Of a DNA stretch of 64,000 bases, positions 49,101 through 61,984 are shown piece by piece; within the stretch, counting starts at the first letter, position 1; each line of letters opens with the position of its first letter. The translations under genes were made by a program, and so were the position numbers. Under the pieces are notes generated by a model. It ran no database searches. It was not told the DNA's origin and worked only from the letters and a program-made list of their open reading frames with translations. The stretch is from Macrostomum hystrix (lineage: Eukaryota; Animalia; Platyhelminthes), in assembly GCA_950097015.1 (NCBI GenBank), contig CATNEN010000011.1, positions 2,108,001 through 2,172,000 on the forward strand. The letters are read 5' to 3'.

Positions 49101-51632
49101 TGGTACTTTGCCCACCCGCCTGTACAGAGTCGGGAGTGAAATAAAAACTTTACACGCGGCTGCACTTAGAGCTGCCCCCTGCTGCGGGCAGGACGAGCGA
49201 AACTTTTTTCCGGGGCATTGGATGCGGATAAAAGTCCCCCAAGGGAGCAGCGGGAGGAGGCGCTGGCAGAATGCGGCTGCCCCATTCCGGACGTCCCCAT
49301 CTTTCATCGGGTGAAATTTTTGTCGACTTTTTTTGGGAACTTGCTATGAACCAAGCCAGTATATAGCACTGGAGAGGCCCCGACTAGGATGTCACTGTTC
49401 CTCCCACACAATTTAGGGCATCTCTGTGTGTGATGCCGCGAGTGTATCATAGTGCACAATGGAATTCATCGACATCGCCAATTCATCGCCAGCACACGGA
49501 TGACAATCAGCTGCACGACTGCCGACTACCCGTTCGCGACGTCAGCAACACATTCAGCACCGCACCATAGGCATGCCAACACAGCCTGCATGACGTTCCA
49601 TGCTGTGAATGCAGCACTGCGACTGTGACAGCCTACATGAACTCGTGGCAATACCATAGCAACGGTGTCTCGCAGCTCAGTAACTGATATCAATGCCTAA
49701 ATTGCTGTCATACGTACTGTTTAAAATTGCTGTTTTTGTGCCACGACCTCATCAACAAACTAGTTTTAAAATAATTTCTAAAAATAGACACGATTTCTGA
49801 TGTCGACTTTTCACTAAACTTTACTGAGTACAATGTTTCCCAAACTGTGACTTTTCAGTTGACATTTATTACTATAAGATTCTGCAGGAAAGCTATGGTA
49901 AGATGCATAAGATTATGCAATCAGAAGTAAGCATGGGGGTGGGTGGCAGAGTGGTAAGTGCTTTTGCCTCTCGCACTAAAGTCCCGGAGTTCGATTCCGC
50001 GGCGAGGCCACATTCATTTGGGACGCAGCCGCTGAGAGAAGACTTGGGGGCTTGTCTTGCAATTTACGCCCTTGAGGGCCAACCTCTGACGATGGTACCT
50101 GTACGGTATCTGTGTGCGTGTGTGCTAAGGAGTCAGCGAAATGGGCAGAATCGCCTTCTCGCTGGCTGCGGGTCTAGTGTCACCAAATGGTGTGCCATTG
50201 CCCACGGCCCTTCTTTAATAATAATTATCATTATTAAACAAGCCACTGAAATCCAAGTCACCTTTGCCGAACAGCCGACAGCAGGTCTGGAAGAACACCT
50301 GGTGACCGGACACTGTGTCTGGACCGTCTGCTTTTGTGATCTCCAACCAGGATGTCTCAGCGTTTCCGTAGAACCACATCCGGCCGCCTATTAGGAAGTA
50401 GTTCGGGAAAATTTACTTGATCCTTTTATTCGCGCGCTGAAAAGTTACTCAAACAATTTTCTAATTCTGAGGAATACCAGTTTGAACCAGCTTAGTTTTG
50501 ACAAGCTGAGCCTATTAGCTGAGCCTATATAGACTCAACATTCGTTCATTCGAAAGCTTGCAAACATTTAGAAAAATGGATTTTTCCCTCCCTAGCAACT
50601 TCGATGCGGATGAGAGTCATTTTTTCCCATTTGGAGTGTAATAAAATTAATTAGCTAATGCAGGGTGACACATATTTGGACTTTAGCCAGGATATAGCCA
50701 GGACAGAAACAGCTTGGTCAAATACCGGACATCGGAAAAACTTATTGGACATCAGTTCCAATCATGCATTATGCAAGTGCTATGAATGGATTGGCATGAA
50801 ACTGGGACTGCATCTTGGACTCACACATTCACATAGGATTCACGGGTCTTTATCCTGGGATTCGCGGGTCTTTATCCTGGGATTCGTGGGTCTTTATCCT
50901 GGGATTCGCGGGTCTTTATTACATGATTCACGTGTTTAATCATGGGATTCATAGGTTTAATCATGGGATTCGCAGGTTTAATCATGGGATTCATAGGTTT
51001 AATCATGGGATTCACAGGTTTAATCATGGGATTCATAGGTTTAATCATGGGATTCACAGGTTTAATCATGGGATTCACAGGTTTAATCATGGGATTCACA
51101 GGTTTAATCATGGGATTCACAGGTTTAATCATGGGATTCACAGGTTTAATCATGGGATTCACAGGTTTAATCATGGGATTCACAGGTTTAATCATGGGAT
51201 TCACAGGTTTAATCATGGGATTCACAGGTTTAATCATGGGATTCACAGGTTTAATCATGGGATTCACAGGTTTAATCATGGGATTCACAGGTTTAATCAT
51301 GGGATTCACAGGTTTAATCATGGGATTCACAGGTTTAATCATGGGATTCACAGGTTTAATCATGGGATTCACAGGTTTAATCATGGGATTCACAGGTTTA
51401 ATCATGGGATTCACAGGTTTAATCATGGGATTCACAGGTTTAATCATGGGATTCACAGGTTTAATCATGGGATTCACAGGTTTTATCACACGTCCCACTC
51501 ACCGTGCAGCTCCGTTGGTTCGGCCACGTCAACGCACACGAAGCCGGTGACGCGATCTCCCGGACTATAAATGGCCAAGCTGTTGTCCAAGGAGATTTCC
51601 AACCGCCTCAGCTTGGCCATTTCGCAGCCCAT
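43102..51632 (-). CDS. Alpha-arrestin (ARRDC-like), about 446 aa. Exons 51632-51503, 50387-50262, 47932-47679, 47304-46942, 44208-44097, 43457-43102
   Basis: ISLDNSLAIYSPGDRVTG, YGNAETSW, GFHQFPFQFQLPERLPSSFE, KTGYVPGE, IPPLPPT, LPVIIGNVPL, PVYTYY motifs; all phases consistent; total 1341 nt. Start may be 51632 or 51620. Confidence 0.92.
43490..43590 (-). mobile_element. SINE family B, degenerate internal fragment about 30 nt upstream of an arrestin acceptor
   Basis: CCAAGGCACAGTGAG..GTACACTGCCTGAC..GGGCAGATGTACAC. Confidence 0.7.
43670..46020. repeat. Three arrestin-intron arrays: 8-bp GTCAGGGT (about 43670-43975), 21-22-bp GGTGAGATGAGAAGAAACTGG (about 44370-44650), 24-bp CTGAATCTCAGCCTACTCATCTCC (about 45250-46020)
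   Basis: Direct inspection; the span also includes the 44208-44097 exon. Confidence 0.88.
46419..46703. mobile_element. MITE-like element with about 58-bp imperfect terminal inverted repeats
   Basis: Left CAAGGCCCGATAGAAGAAGAAAGATGGGACACTTGCGTTTCTTGGAAA versus reverse complement of right CAAGGACGACTAGAAGAAGAAGGACGTGACACTTCGTTTCTTGGAAA. No clear TSD. Confidence 0.65.
47386..47652 (+). mobile_element. SINE family B with an internal deletion, filling most of a 374-nt intron
   Basis: Head, hairpin and tail match the family. Confidence 0.85.
48075..48670. repeat. 24-bp TTTGTCACTTTGTGGTCTTAGACG array
   Basis: Direct inspection. Confidence 0.93.
49935..50236 (+). mobile_element. SINE family B with the hairpin region partly deleted
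   Basis: Head with GAGTTCGATTCC, body and tail match the family. Confidence 0.85.
50930..51480. repeat. 21-bp CATGGGATTCACAGGTTTAAT array, near-perfect, starting about 20 nt from the exon-1 donor
   Basis: Direct inspection. Confidence 0.95.
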
Positions 51633-52299
51633 GCTTGTTCAATGTGGTCTCAAATGTCCCAGCTGGGCATTGCAATCGGCTAGCTAATGCGAGCTCGAGT
51701 TTCAAGTTGAAAACCCTTCCGCGAGTTGGCTTTGCTTTGGTTAGGATACTTTTTTTCTGCTCTTAAAATGCCAGATCACATAAACCGCACGGCTTCTTAT
51801 TCCAGACAAATCTGTCTCCCCCTGTTTTCTCTCCCTATTTTTGCTCTACTTCCTTGCAGCCTTCCCTACCCTGCCCACCCCCAGGGCTGTCTTTCTGGCC
51901 TCTTATCCCCGCCCCACAACACGACGCGATTCCAAAGCAGCCCAGAAAGAGGGGAATGGGAGAGTGGGGGGTAGCTGGCCTCGTCCTTCGCACCCGGCAA
52001 CGGTTACTGGGCCTTTTTTGGGGTGGTTGGTAAACTTTTTTCTGGAAAACTGTGCGACGTGCGTACGGAGGGAGACATTTTTGGGGCAGAGGTACTTTCA
52101 TATAATTCTGGGCTGTGATCTTCCAGTAGCAGACAGCTCGACAGCCAATCAGGAGTCGCCTCGCTGTTTCCCCAGACCGTGGAGACCCCATAGTAGATCC
52201 CAGGCAGGGATATTGAAGTTGGCTTCAAACTTTACAACTGCATGTACCCAACTTAAAGAATGCTTAGAGATGATAACATCACGTATTAACATGCCTAAG

Positions 52300-53420
52300 T
52301 CTCTCCCTTCACTCACCCTCTCCTTCACTCTCTCACCCTCTCTCTCCTTCACTCTCTCACCCTCTCTCTCCTTCACTCTCTCAGCCTTTCTCTCCTTCAC
52401 TCTCTCACCGTCTCTCTCCTTCACTCTCTCACCCTCTCTCTCCTTCACTCTCTCACCGTCTCTCTCCTTCACTCTCTCACCCTCTCTCTCCTTCACTCTC
52501 TCACCCTCTCTCTCCTTCACTCTCTCACCCTCTCTCTCCTTCACTCTCTCACCCTCTCTCTCCTTCACTCTCTCACCCTTTCTCTCCTTCACTCTCTCAC
52601 CCTCTCTCTCCTTCACTCTCTCACCCTCTCTCTCCTTCACTCTCTCAGCCTTTCTCTCCTTCACTCTCTCACCGTCTCTCTCCTTCACTCTCTCACCCTC
52701 TCTCTCCTTCACTCTCTCACCCTCTCTCTCCTTCACTCTCTCACCCTCTCTCTCCTTCACTCTCTCACCCTCTCTCTCCTTCACTCTCTCACCCTTTCTC
52801 TCCTTCACTATCTCACCCTCTCTCTCCTTCACTCTCTCACCCTCTCTCTCCTTCACTCTCTCACCCTCTCTCTCCTTCACTCTCTCACCCTCTCTCTCCT
52901 TCACTCTCTCACCCTCTCTCTCCTTCACTCTCTCACCCTCTCTCTCCTTCACTCTCTCACCCTCTCTCCTTCACTCTCTCACCCTCTCTCCTTCACTCTC
53001 TCACCCTCTCTCCTTCACTCTCTCACCCTCTCTCCTTCACTCTCTCACCCTCTCTCCTTCACTCTCTCACCCTCTCTCCTTCACTCTCTCACCCTCTCTC
53101 TCCTTCACTCTCTCACCCTCTCTCTCCTTCACTCTCTCACCCTCTCTCCTTCACTCTCTCACCCTCTCTCTCCTTCACTATCTCACCCTCTCTCTCCTTC
53201 ACTCTCTCACCCTTTCTCTCCTTCACTATCTCACCCTCTCTCTCCTTCACTCTCTCACCCTTTCTCTCCTTCACTATCTCACCCTCTCTCTCCTTCACTC
53301 TCTCACCGTCTCTCTCCTTCACTCTCTCACCCTCTCTCCTTCACTCTCTCACCCTCTCTCTCCTTCACTCTCTCACCCTCTCTCCTTCACTCTCTCACCC
53401 TCTCTCCTTCACTATCTCAT
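52300..53420. repeat. 24-bp (and 22-bp) polypyrimidine array TCTCTCCTTCACTCTCTCACCCTC
   Basis: Direct inspection. Confidence 0.94.
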
Positions 53421-53929
53421 TTTACTCTCAAACCCTCACTAATTGCCTTACTCATCCTCTATGAATACCATTATAATTTTCCCACTCCTCTTTTAGTTTG
53501 TTAGAAATGTTGGGTCAGCAACTGCCTGCCTACTAGGGAGTTACGCATGAAATGTTCTGCTGTCAAAACATCAGCGAGCTGGCAATCACACGGCACAGCT
53601 AACTGACTGCTGTGTTCTTGTGATAAGCTTAACAAGAGCAGCTCTATCGACCTTGTCTGCCCAATTAAGTTAACCAGGTGTGTGGAATATTTAGTTAGTT
53701 GTGATTCTATGAATGACACTTGTCAGTAAACATATTTTATTGCCAAGTCCGAATTAACAGTTCATTCAGTCGATAGTACTGCAAGAAAACTCGACTTTCA
53801 CCTCAGGGAAAGTAGAAATATTTACTTTAATTGGCCAAGTACTGGCGTACTTTGAAAGTCTACTTCTAAATCGGCTATATGAAGGCAGCGCTAAATATAA
53901 TATTTTATTCCTACACAGTTCATGTAAAA

Positions 53930-54520
53930 TTTTATACTACTGTGAGTAGCTCTGTGAATCAGTTTTAGGAGGTGATTTTATGCTACTGTGAGTAGCTCTG
54001 TGAATCAGTTTAGGAGGTGATTTTATGCTACTGTGAGTAGCTCTGTGAATCAGTTTAGGAGGTGATTTTATGCTACTGTGAGTAGCTCTGTGAATCAGTT
54101 TAGGAGGTGATTTTATGCTACTGTGAGTAGCTCTGTGAATCAGTTTAGGAGGTGATTTTATGCTACTGTGAGTAGCTCTGTGAATCAGTTTAGGAGGTGA
54201 TTTTATGCTACTGTGAGTAGCTCTGTGAATCAGTTTTAGGAGGTGATTTTATGCTACTGTGAGTAGCTCTGTGAATCAGTTTTAGGAGGTGATTTTATGC
54301 TACTATGAGTAGCTCTGTGAATCAGTTTTAGGAGGTGATTTTATGCTACTATGAGTAGCTCTGTGAATCAGTTTTAGGAGGTGATTTTATGCTACTGTGA
54401 GTAGCTCTGTGAATCAGTTTAGGAGGTGATTTTATGCTACTGTGAGTAGCTCTGTGAATCAGTTTAGGAGGTGATTTTATGCTACTGTGAGTAGCTCTGT
54501 GAATCAGTTTTAGGAGGTGA
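53930..54520. repeat. 45-46-bp array with an internal hairpin GCTACT-GTG-AGTAGC
   Basis: Period 45 (54001 to 54046). Confidence 0.93.
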
Positions 54521-55344
54521 GATTTGGGGAAATGCCATTTGAGGGAAATAGGATTTTAGGGAACAGGGAATTTCGCGAAATGGGCGCGATGGGATTTCAA
54601 GGAATAGGAATTTAGAAATATGGGATTTCAGGGAAGTTGTAACTTAGGAAGATGAGATTTTAAGGAATAATAATTTAGTAAGATGGGATTTCAACGAAAT
54701 GGGAGTTTAGGAAGACGAAATATAGATAAATCTGACTTTGGGAAATTGGGATAAATGGGTTTTAGGTAGGAACTGTTGTTTCGTGAAAGACAAAAGTTTC
54801 GTTCAGGTAAGATTTCTAAGAAAATAGTTATGATAAGCGTCACATTTTATGTTTTTACATTTTGGGGCTTCGAGGGAATGATATTTTTAAGTAAATCTCT
54901 CTTTTAAATTTACCAAATCGGTTGAAGGCACACAGTGGTTGATTGCTGACCCGTCAACAATGAGGGCCTGGGCAGCTAGTCCGAAAGTGCATTGTAAACA
55001 CGATAAATTGTCTATTTGATTTGATATAATAAGTGCACGGTTTCCCAACCCAACAATTTACTTTTGTCAAGAAAAAAAATTAGAAAATGGCGCTAAAAAT
55101 AGAAGATTAGTAGAAAATATTAGCGGATTAAAATTGTCTTTTCAAACAAAAATTCTAACAAAAAGATATTCTGACCAGTTAGGTATCAATTTTTAACTAA
55201 CGGGCAGTGTTAGAAAAAAGCTAGATAAATTATTAACGATTCGCGTTAAAATTCGCGTTCGCGTTCAACATTGCACCATTATTTTCAAACAAATAGTGCA
55301 AATTGAATTCAATTGTCGATTCTAAAATATTATTTGACAGACTA

Positions 55345-57942
55345 GAGAGGGTGTGATAAAAGAATTTGATAAGAGGGTGTGATAAGAGGGTGTGTTAAGA
55401 GGGTGTGATAAGAGGGTGTGATAAGAGGGTGTGATAAGAGAATTTGATAAGAGGGTGTGATAAGAGGGTGTGATAAGAGGGTGTGATAAGAGAATTTGAT
55501 AAGAGGGTGTGATAAGAGGCTGTGATAAGAGGGTGTGATAAGAGGGTGTGATAAGAGGGTGTGAGAAGAGGGTGTTTAGAGGGTGTGTTAAGAGGGTGTG
55601 AGAAGAGGGTGTTTAGAGGGTGTGTTAAGAGGGTGTGATAAGAGGGTGTGATAAGAGGGCGCGATAAGACGGTGAGTTAAGAGGGTGTGATAAGACGGTG
55701 AGATAAGAGGGTGTGATAAGAGGGTGTGATAAGAGAATTTGATAAGAGGGTGTGATAAGAGGGTGTGATAAGAGGGTGTGATAAGAGGGTGTGATAAGAG
55801 GGAGCAATAAGAGGATGTGATAAGAGGGTGTGATAAGAGGGTGTGATAAGAGGGTGTGATAAGAGGGTGTGATAAGAGGGTGTGATAAGAGAATTTGATA
55901 AGAGGGTGTGATAAGAGGGTGTGATAAGAGGGTGTGATAAGAGGGAGCAATAAGAGGATGTGATAAGAGGGTGAGTTAAGAGGGTGTGATAAGAGGTTGA
56001 GATAAGAGGATGTGATAAGAGGGAGCAATAAGAGGGTGTGATAAGAGGGTGTGATAAGAGGGTGTGATAAGAGGGTGTGATAAGAGGGTGTGTTAAGAGG
56101 GTGTGATAAGAGGATGTGATAAGAGGATGTGATAAGAGGGTGAGTTAAGTGGGTGTGATAAGAGGGTGTGATAAGAGGGTGAGTTAAAAGGGTGTGATAA
56201 GAGGGTGTGATAAGAGGGTGTGATAAGAGAATTTGATAAGAGGGTGTGATAAGAGGGTGTGATAAGAGGGTGTGATAAGAGAATTTGATAAGAGGGTGTG
56301 ATAAGAGGCTGTGATAAGAGGGTGTGATAAGAGGGTGTGATAAGAGGGTGTGAGAAGAGGGTGTTTAGAGGGTGTGTTAAGAGGGTGTGAGAAGAGGGTG
56401 TTTAGAGGGTGTGTTAAGAGGGTGTGATAAGAGGGTGTGATAAGAGGGCGCGATAAGACGGTGAGTTAAGAGGGTGTGATAAGACGGTGAGATAAGAGGG
56501 TGTGATAAGAGGGTGTGATAAGAGAATTTGATAAGAGGGTGTGATAAGAGGGTGTGATAAGAGGGTGTGATAAGAGGGTGTGATAAGAGGGAGCAATAAG
56601 AGGATGTGATAAGAGGGTGTGATAAGAGGGTGTGATAAGAGGGTGTGATAAGAGGGTGTGATAAGAGGGTGTGATAAGAGAATTTGATAAGAGGGTGTGA
56701 TAAGAGGGTGTGATAAGAGGGTGTGATAAGAGGGAGCAATAAGAGGATGTGATAAGAGGGTGAGTTAAGAGGGTGTGATAAGAGGTTGAGATAAGAGGAT
56801 GTGATAAGAGGGAGCAATAAGAGGGTGTGATAAGAGGGTGTGATAAGAGGGTGTGATAAGAGGGTGTGATAAGAGGGTGTGTTAAGAGGGTGTGATAAGA
56901 GGATGTGATAAGAGGATGTGATAAGAGGGTGAGTTAAGTGGGTGTGATAAGAGGGTGTGATAAGAGGGTGAGTTAAAAGGGTGTGATAAGAGGGTGTGAT
57001 AAGAGGGTGTGATAAGAGGATGTGATAAGAGGGTATGATTAGAGGGTGTGATAAGAGGATGTGATAAGAGGGAGCCATAAGAGGGTGTGATAAGAGGGTG
57101 TGAAAAGTGAATGTGATAAGAGGGTGAGTTAAGAGGGTATGATTAGAGGGTGTGATAAGAGGATGTGATAAGAGGGAGCCATAAGAGGGTGTGATAAGAG
57201 GGTGTGATAAGAGAATGTGATAAGAGGGTGAGTTAAGAGGGTATGATTAGAGGGTGTGATAAGGGGATGTGATAAGAGGGAGCCATAAGAGGGTGTGATA
57301 AGAGGGTGTGATAAGAGAATGTGATAAGAGGGTGAGTTAAGAGGGTATGATTAGAGGGTGTGATAAGAGGATGTGATAAGAGGGAGCCATAAGAGGGTGT
57401 GATAAGAGGGTGTGATAAGAGAATGTGATAAGAGGGTGAGTTAAGAGGGTATGATTAGAGGGTGTGATAAGGGGATGTGATAAGAGGGAGCCATAAGAGG
57501 GTGTGATAAGAGGGTGTGATAAGAGAATGTGATAAGAGGGTGAGTTAAGAGGGTATGATTAGAGGGTGTGATAAGAGGATGTGATAAGAGGGAGCCATAA
57601 GAGGGTGTGATAAGAGGGTGTGAGAAGAGAATGTGATAAGAGGGTGAGTTAAGAGGGTATGATTAGAGGGTGTGATAAGGGGATGTGATAAGAGGGAGCC
57701 ATAAGAGGGTGTGATAAGAGGGTGTGATAAGAGAATGTGATAAGAGGGTGAGTTAAGAGGGTATGATTAGAGGGTGTGATAAGAGGATGTGATAAGAGGG
57801 AGCCATAAGAGGGTGTGATAAGAGGGTGTGAGAAGAGAATGTGATAAGAGGGTGAGTTAAGAGGGTATGATTAGAGGGTGTGATAAGAGGATGTGATAAG
57901 AGGGAGCCATAAGAGGGTGTGATAAGAGGGTGTGAGAAGAGG
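55345..57942. repeat. 13-bp TAAGAGGGTGTGA array with a 789-bp block duplication and a 104-bp (8-monomer) higher-order sub-array
   Basis: 55625 versus 56414 blocks match; GGAGCC variant recurs every 104 bp from 57071. Confidence 0.95.
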
Positions 57943-59342
57943 CAAGTTTGAGGGAGGAAGTTGTGAGGGAGGATGGTGTGAAAATAGTGGGTGGAATAAA
58001 GACATTTTTAATTATCAAAATTGATGATTACAAAAGGTAGGCCGTGAGGTATATGGTCGAGTAATTTCTGAGTTATTTCTAATAAACAGTCACAATAAGA
58101 CAGTAAAATCAACAGATAATGAACATAAAAGTAATTCTCATAGAAGAATATGTATATCGTAGGTGTGGACAAGAGCAAATGGAAAGCTACATAGAAAGAC
58201 AAAAGCATGTTGTTTTACTACGAAGCACTAATTACAGATATTAGTAAAATCGATTAATGCGACAGCAGTAAAAACAGGGACAAGAATGAACAAAAAGAAC
58301 GGAAACAGTCGTTGCTTGCAAAATATATTTTACTCTTCTAGAATGATATTTCTGCAACACACTCTGCATCAACAACACCGATAAGAAAATTGATAAATTG
58401 ATAAAATACAGACAAGCGAGTGTGACTATAGAGTTGAAAAGCAACTCTGGTGCAATCAAAGCTTTTCTACAAGCAATAAGTGCCATCATTTCAATTATTT
58501 TCAAATTCGTATTGCGGGGATGGGGGTAAACTAGCATTGTGCTTTCTAAGAAAGAAACACGAAACAAACTGACCTTAACATACTACTCACTAGTAGACTA
58601 ACAAGAATGATGTCCGAAAAAAACACGACAAAGTATTACCAAGACTAGATATAAGACATTGGTGTAGACATGAAAAAAATTCGATTTTTATAACGGTTTC
58701 GGGACTAAGAGTGGTTGGTCGGTTCTTGAAATACCGAATAAAACTTTAACAAAAAACTGCACAAACAACTATTGTGTTGGTCGATTCGTGCAAAGATAAT
58801 AACTAACGAAATAACGAAAAAAACAATATTCAAGAAAAATCAACAAGAAAGGGGTGCATTAAATCTTCAAATATATAAATTGCAAAACTTTCGTTCTTCA
58901 TAAATTCATAAACAGATCACGGTGATATAGAGGCGCAAAACAGATAAAAAATAAATTGGCTGTGTGCGAACTGTTCATAGAAGCCACAGAACCAGCCAAT
59001 GATAATAGAGGAACCCCAAGGTCACGGATTGAGGTGGTTGTCAGCTGATTATTTTCGTTTATAGGCCAAGCGAAATTTTCCATGCCATTTGGTAGTGCTC
59101 CACGGTCGCGGAGTGAGGTGGGTGGCTAGGGGCAAGGAAAATAGAATGTGCAGTCTCGCGTTAGCCAATCAGCATTTTAGACTACCGATTTGGTTTAACA
59201 TATTTTCTATCGTGAGCGCATCGAATGGAGCTTCCCGCATTACATAGATTAGGGAAATCCAAGGTCGCGGAGTGAGGTGGGTTTCAGCGAAATAGGGCAG
59301 AAAAAATTAATGTACACTCTTCCGTTAACCAATCAGCATTCA

Positions 59343-61281
59343 TCAAAGTCGACGCAAACGAAGCCTCAAATCGGCCAGAGTTTCGCAAAGTTTGTCCAGC
59401 GACTCGATGGCGCCATCGAGGATCTGCACTAGCTGTCTGGTCTGCTCAGCTGACTGCACTTGCTGACCGGATCCACTTGCCACAGCCGAGCTGGCTGGCG
59501 TTGATGCCTGCGATGAGAAATCACCGACGGCGGCCTGTGTGGATTCAGCGGCGGCGGCGGTGTTGGCGGCATCCAACAGCAGGCCGTGAAGGCGATCGCA
59601 GCGGCTGTGCAGCAGAGAGAAGCAGACACAGAGAATGGCACAGGCCACTGCCAGAGCGACAACCAGGCGACGGCAGACCAAAGCGGAGGACAGAGCGGTA
59701 ACGCCGGGCATAACGGACATTGACGAGCTCTGCAGACTGCTCGACGAAGAGGCTGATAGAAGCAGCTTGGAAGCTTCAACCAATTCGTCGGACTCTTGAT
59801 TGTCAAAGCCAGGCGAGCTGACGGCTCCGAGTGCGCCCACGTCAGCAACGTCAGCGCCGCTGCTAGAGCCCAAGCTAACGTCCGCCGCGGTGACATCGGC
59901 GGCGGAGGCGCTGGCGATGAAGGAGCTGACGACGACCAGTTCGGGCGAGTTGAAATCGTGACTGACCAGACTGGCTCGCATGGCCGTGTAGTGCTGAGTC
60001 ACTCCACGACGCCACGAGGCGTCAATCAGGCCGCGAACGAAGCGAAACAGCTGGCGTTGAAAGCGCAGCTCAGATGTCACTCGGAGTCGGCAGTGGTTCG
60101 AATCTAGGGAAGTCAGCTGGTAGACTGTGATGGTGCTAAATGCCTCGCCGTAGGGCACGTCGCGACTTGTTGAGGCGGCGTCGATAGTGTAGGCTGCACC
60201 GGGCAGGTAGCGGCTGATCCGCTGCTCGTCCACCTGAAGCAGAGGCAGAATTGGTCAGTCATTGGGGGGTCGGTGGCAGAGCTGTCTAACCAAAGTCCCT
60301 GAGCTCGATTCCGCGGCGAGGCCACATTCTTTTAAGGTGCACCGGCGGAGAGAAGGCTTGGGACTGGTTGTGCAATTTACGCCATTGAGGGCCAACCTCC
60401 AAGGCACAGTGAAGTGTACACTGCCTGACGATGAGAAAGTCAGGGCAGATGTACACACTTGTGTGAGCGTGTGCCTGCGTACAGTATCTGTGTGCGTGTG
60501 TGCTCAGGAGTCAGCGAAATGGGCAGAATTGCCTCCCCGCTGGTTGCGGGTCTAGTGTCACCAAATTATGTGCCATTGCACGCAGCCCTCGTGCAATTAT
60601 TATTATTATCGGTCAGTCAAAATATGCCTTTAACAGAACAACAAACTCAGCTACACAGATCAGGTGAACTCAATGATCGCAAAGCTACCTGAACGGCGTT
60701 CCTTGGCCCAACAGCTCCGTTGAGCGGCACCCGGTAGGACACAACTCGGGTTCGATTGCGCCAAGGCTCCGACCGCAGCTCTGAGTAGCCGCGCTCGCTG
60801 GCAAATCGACGAAACCAAGTCGAGCGTCGGCTGAATAAGCCGATAAAAACTGCGTCGACGCTGGTTGGAATGTCTAAGGCGAGCCACTCTTCTGTAGCCG
60901 TAGCCGTAGCCGTAGCCGTAGCCGTAGCCGTAGCTTCCTCGCTATCGACATCGGAAATCGGCAAGGTTGGCGAGTCCGATTGGCCAAATTCGTCCATTAG
61001 CAAGGCCTGCAGGGTTGGCGACGAGTCGACTCGAAACGAAGGCGGCGCCGAGGGCGACGGCGAGGCAGAAATCGGACGCGGACTTTCAGATTCACTGTCT
61101 AGACTAACGAAAGGCGAGGCAGCTAGATGCAGCGCATCCGCTGTGGCCATTGTGACGGCCGACGAAGATGAAATCTCTTCTTCCTCTGTGGTCGAAGATA
61201 TTAGGGCAGGCGAGGACTCGTTGCTGGGCAAAGTTTGGCGAGAGATGCTCGGGACGTAGTCTGTGTCGTCCGAGTCCAGTC
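59343..61281 (-). CDS. GRAMD1/Aster-like VASt-domain lipid-transfer protein, 3' exons 61281-60689 and 60233-59343; 5' exons outside the window
   Basis: VASt-like W.NRTRVVSY..PL...GP and DVPYGEAFS..YQL...CRLRV motifs, then a TM segment and a coiled coil; splice phases 1 and 0 fit. Confidence 0.85.
60262..60610 (+). mobile_element. SINE family B, full length with 9-bp TSD GGTCAGTCA
   Basis: TSD at 60253-60261 and 60611-60619; occupies most of the 455-nt intron. Confidence 0.93.
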
Positions 61282-61984
61282 CTGATCGGGAGCGGAAGAG
61301 GCGGGCGTTGTGTTATTGTTATTGCAAAATTACATTGCTCCGTCATGCCCCTAGAATTAATTTGTAAACACTATTTAATTTTTTCAGGAAACTTAGTATA
61401 TTTCCAAGAATTCTCCTGAAAACCATTTCTATGAAATTTTTTTTAAATTCTTTCTTGGAAATCTGCAAAAAAACTCATTTTAATGCTTGTAGGATATGAT
61501 TATCATTAAACCTAGTTGGATACACGCTCTAATTCTATCTAGGTTTTAATTGTTATGTCTAGCTTCGGAAATCAGAATGCTCTTACAGATAAATTTGACG
61601 TATATTCGCTAGTCAGGCCAGCTCTTTGATCAAACAAACAGAGCACCTGGCTTCTAATGAGATATTTATATCAGTAGGTGCTCTGAAAGCTGCTGCTGAC
61701 TTAACCTAAATACAGATGAGTGGCTTGTGCTGTGCTTGTAACAGGGGTCAAGGAGCCCTGCAGATTTGGCAAGACAGTTTTGTAATCATTTCAGCAGTAC
61801 AAACAAACTGCATTAGTAAACTGATAAAATTGATACTGAAGACAGATAGTGAGAGAGAGAAAGGGTGGGTAAATTGCACACACGCCAGTCCAGTTGCTTA
61901 CCTTGCCTATAAACTAAATATAATGCTCTTGTGTTGCCAATCACGCCATTGGAATAAGATACATTGCTCCAGCACAAAACAGCA

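Noticed and set aside
51841-53442. 533-aa ORF, and similar ORFs in the arrays at 6.7, 8.7-10.5, 48, 51 and 55-57 kb
   Set aside because: Low-complexity translations of tandem repeats.
53930-54520. CRISPR-like array (regular units with a hairpin)
   Set aside because: Units are contiguous with no unique spacers, there are no cas genes, and the context is eukaryotic.
60425-60441. Hammerhead ribozyme core in SINE-B (CTGACGA-TGA-GAAA-GTC)
   Set aside because: The core words are present, but there is no room for helix II or III and helix I does not register; a simple CTGAC/GTCAG hairpin explains it. An Infernal search with hammerhead models would settle it.
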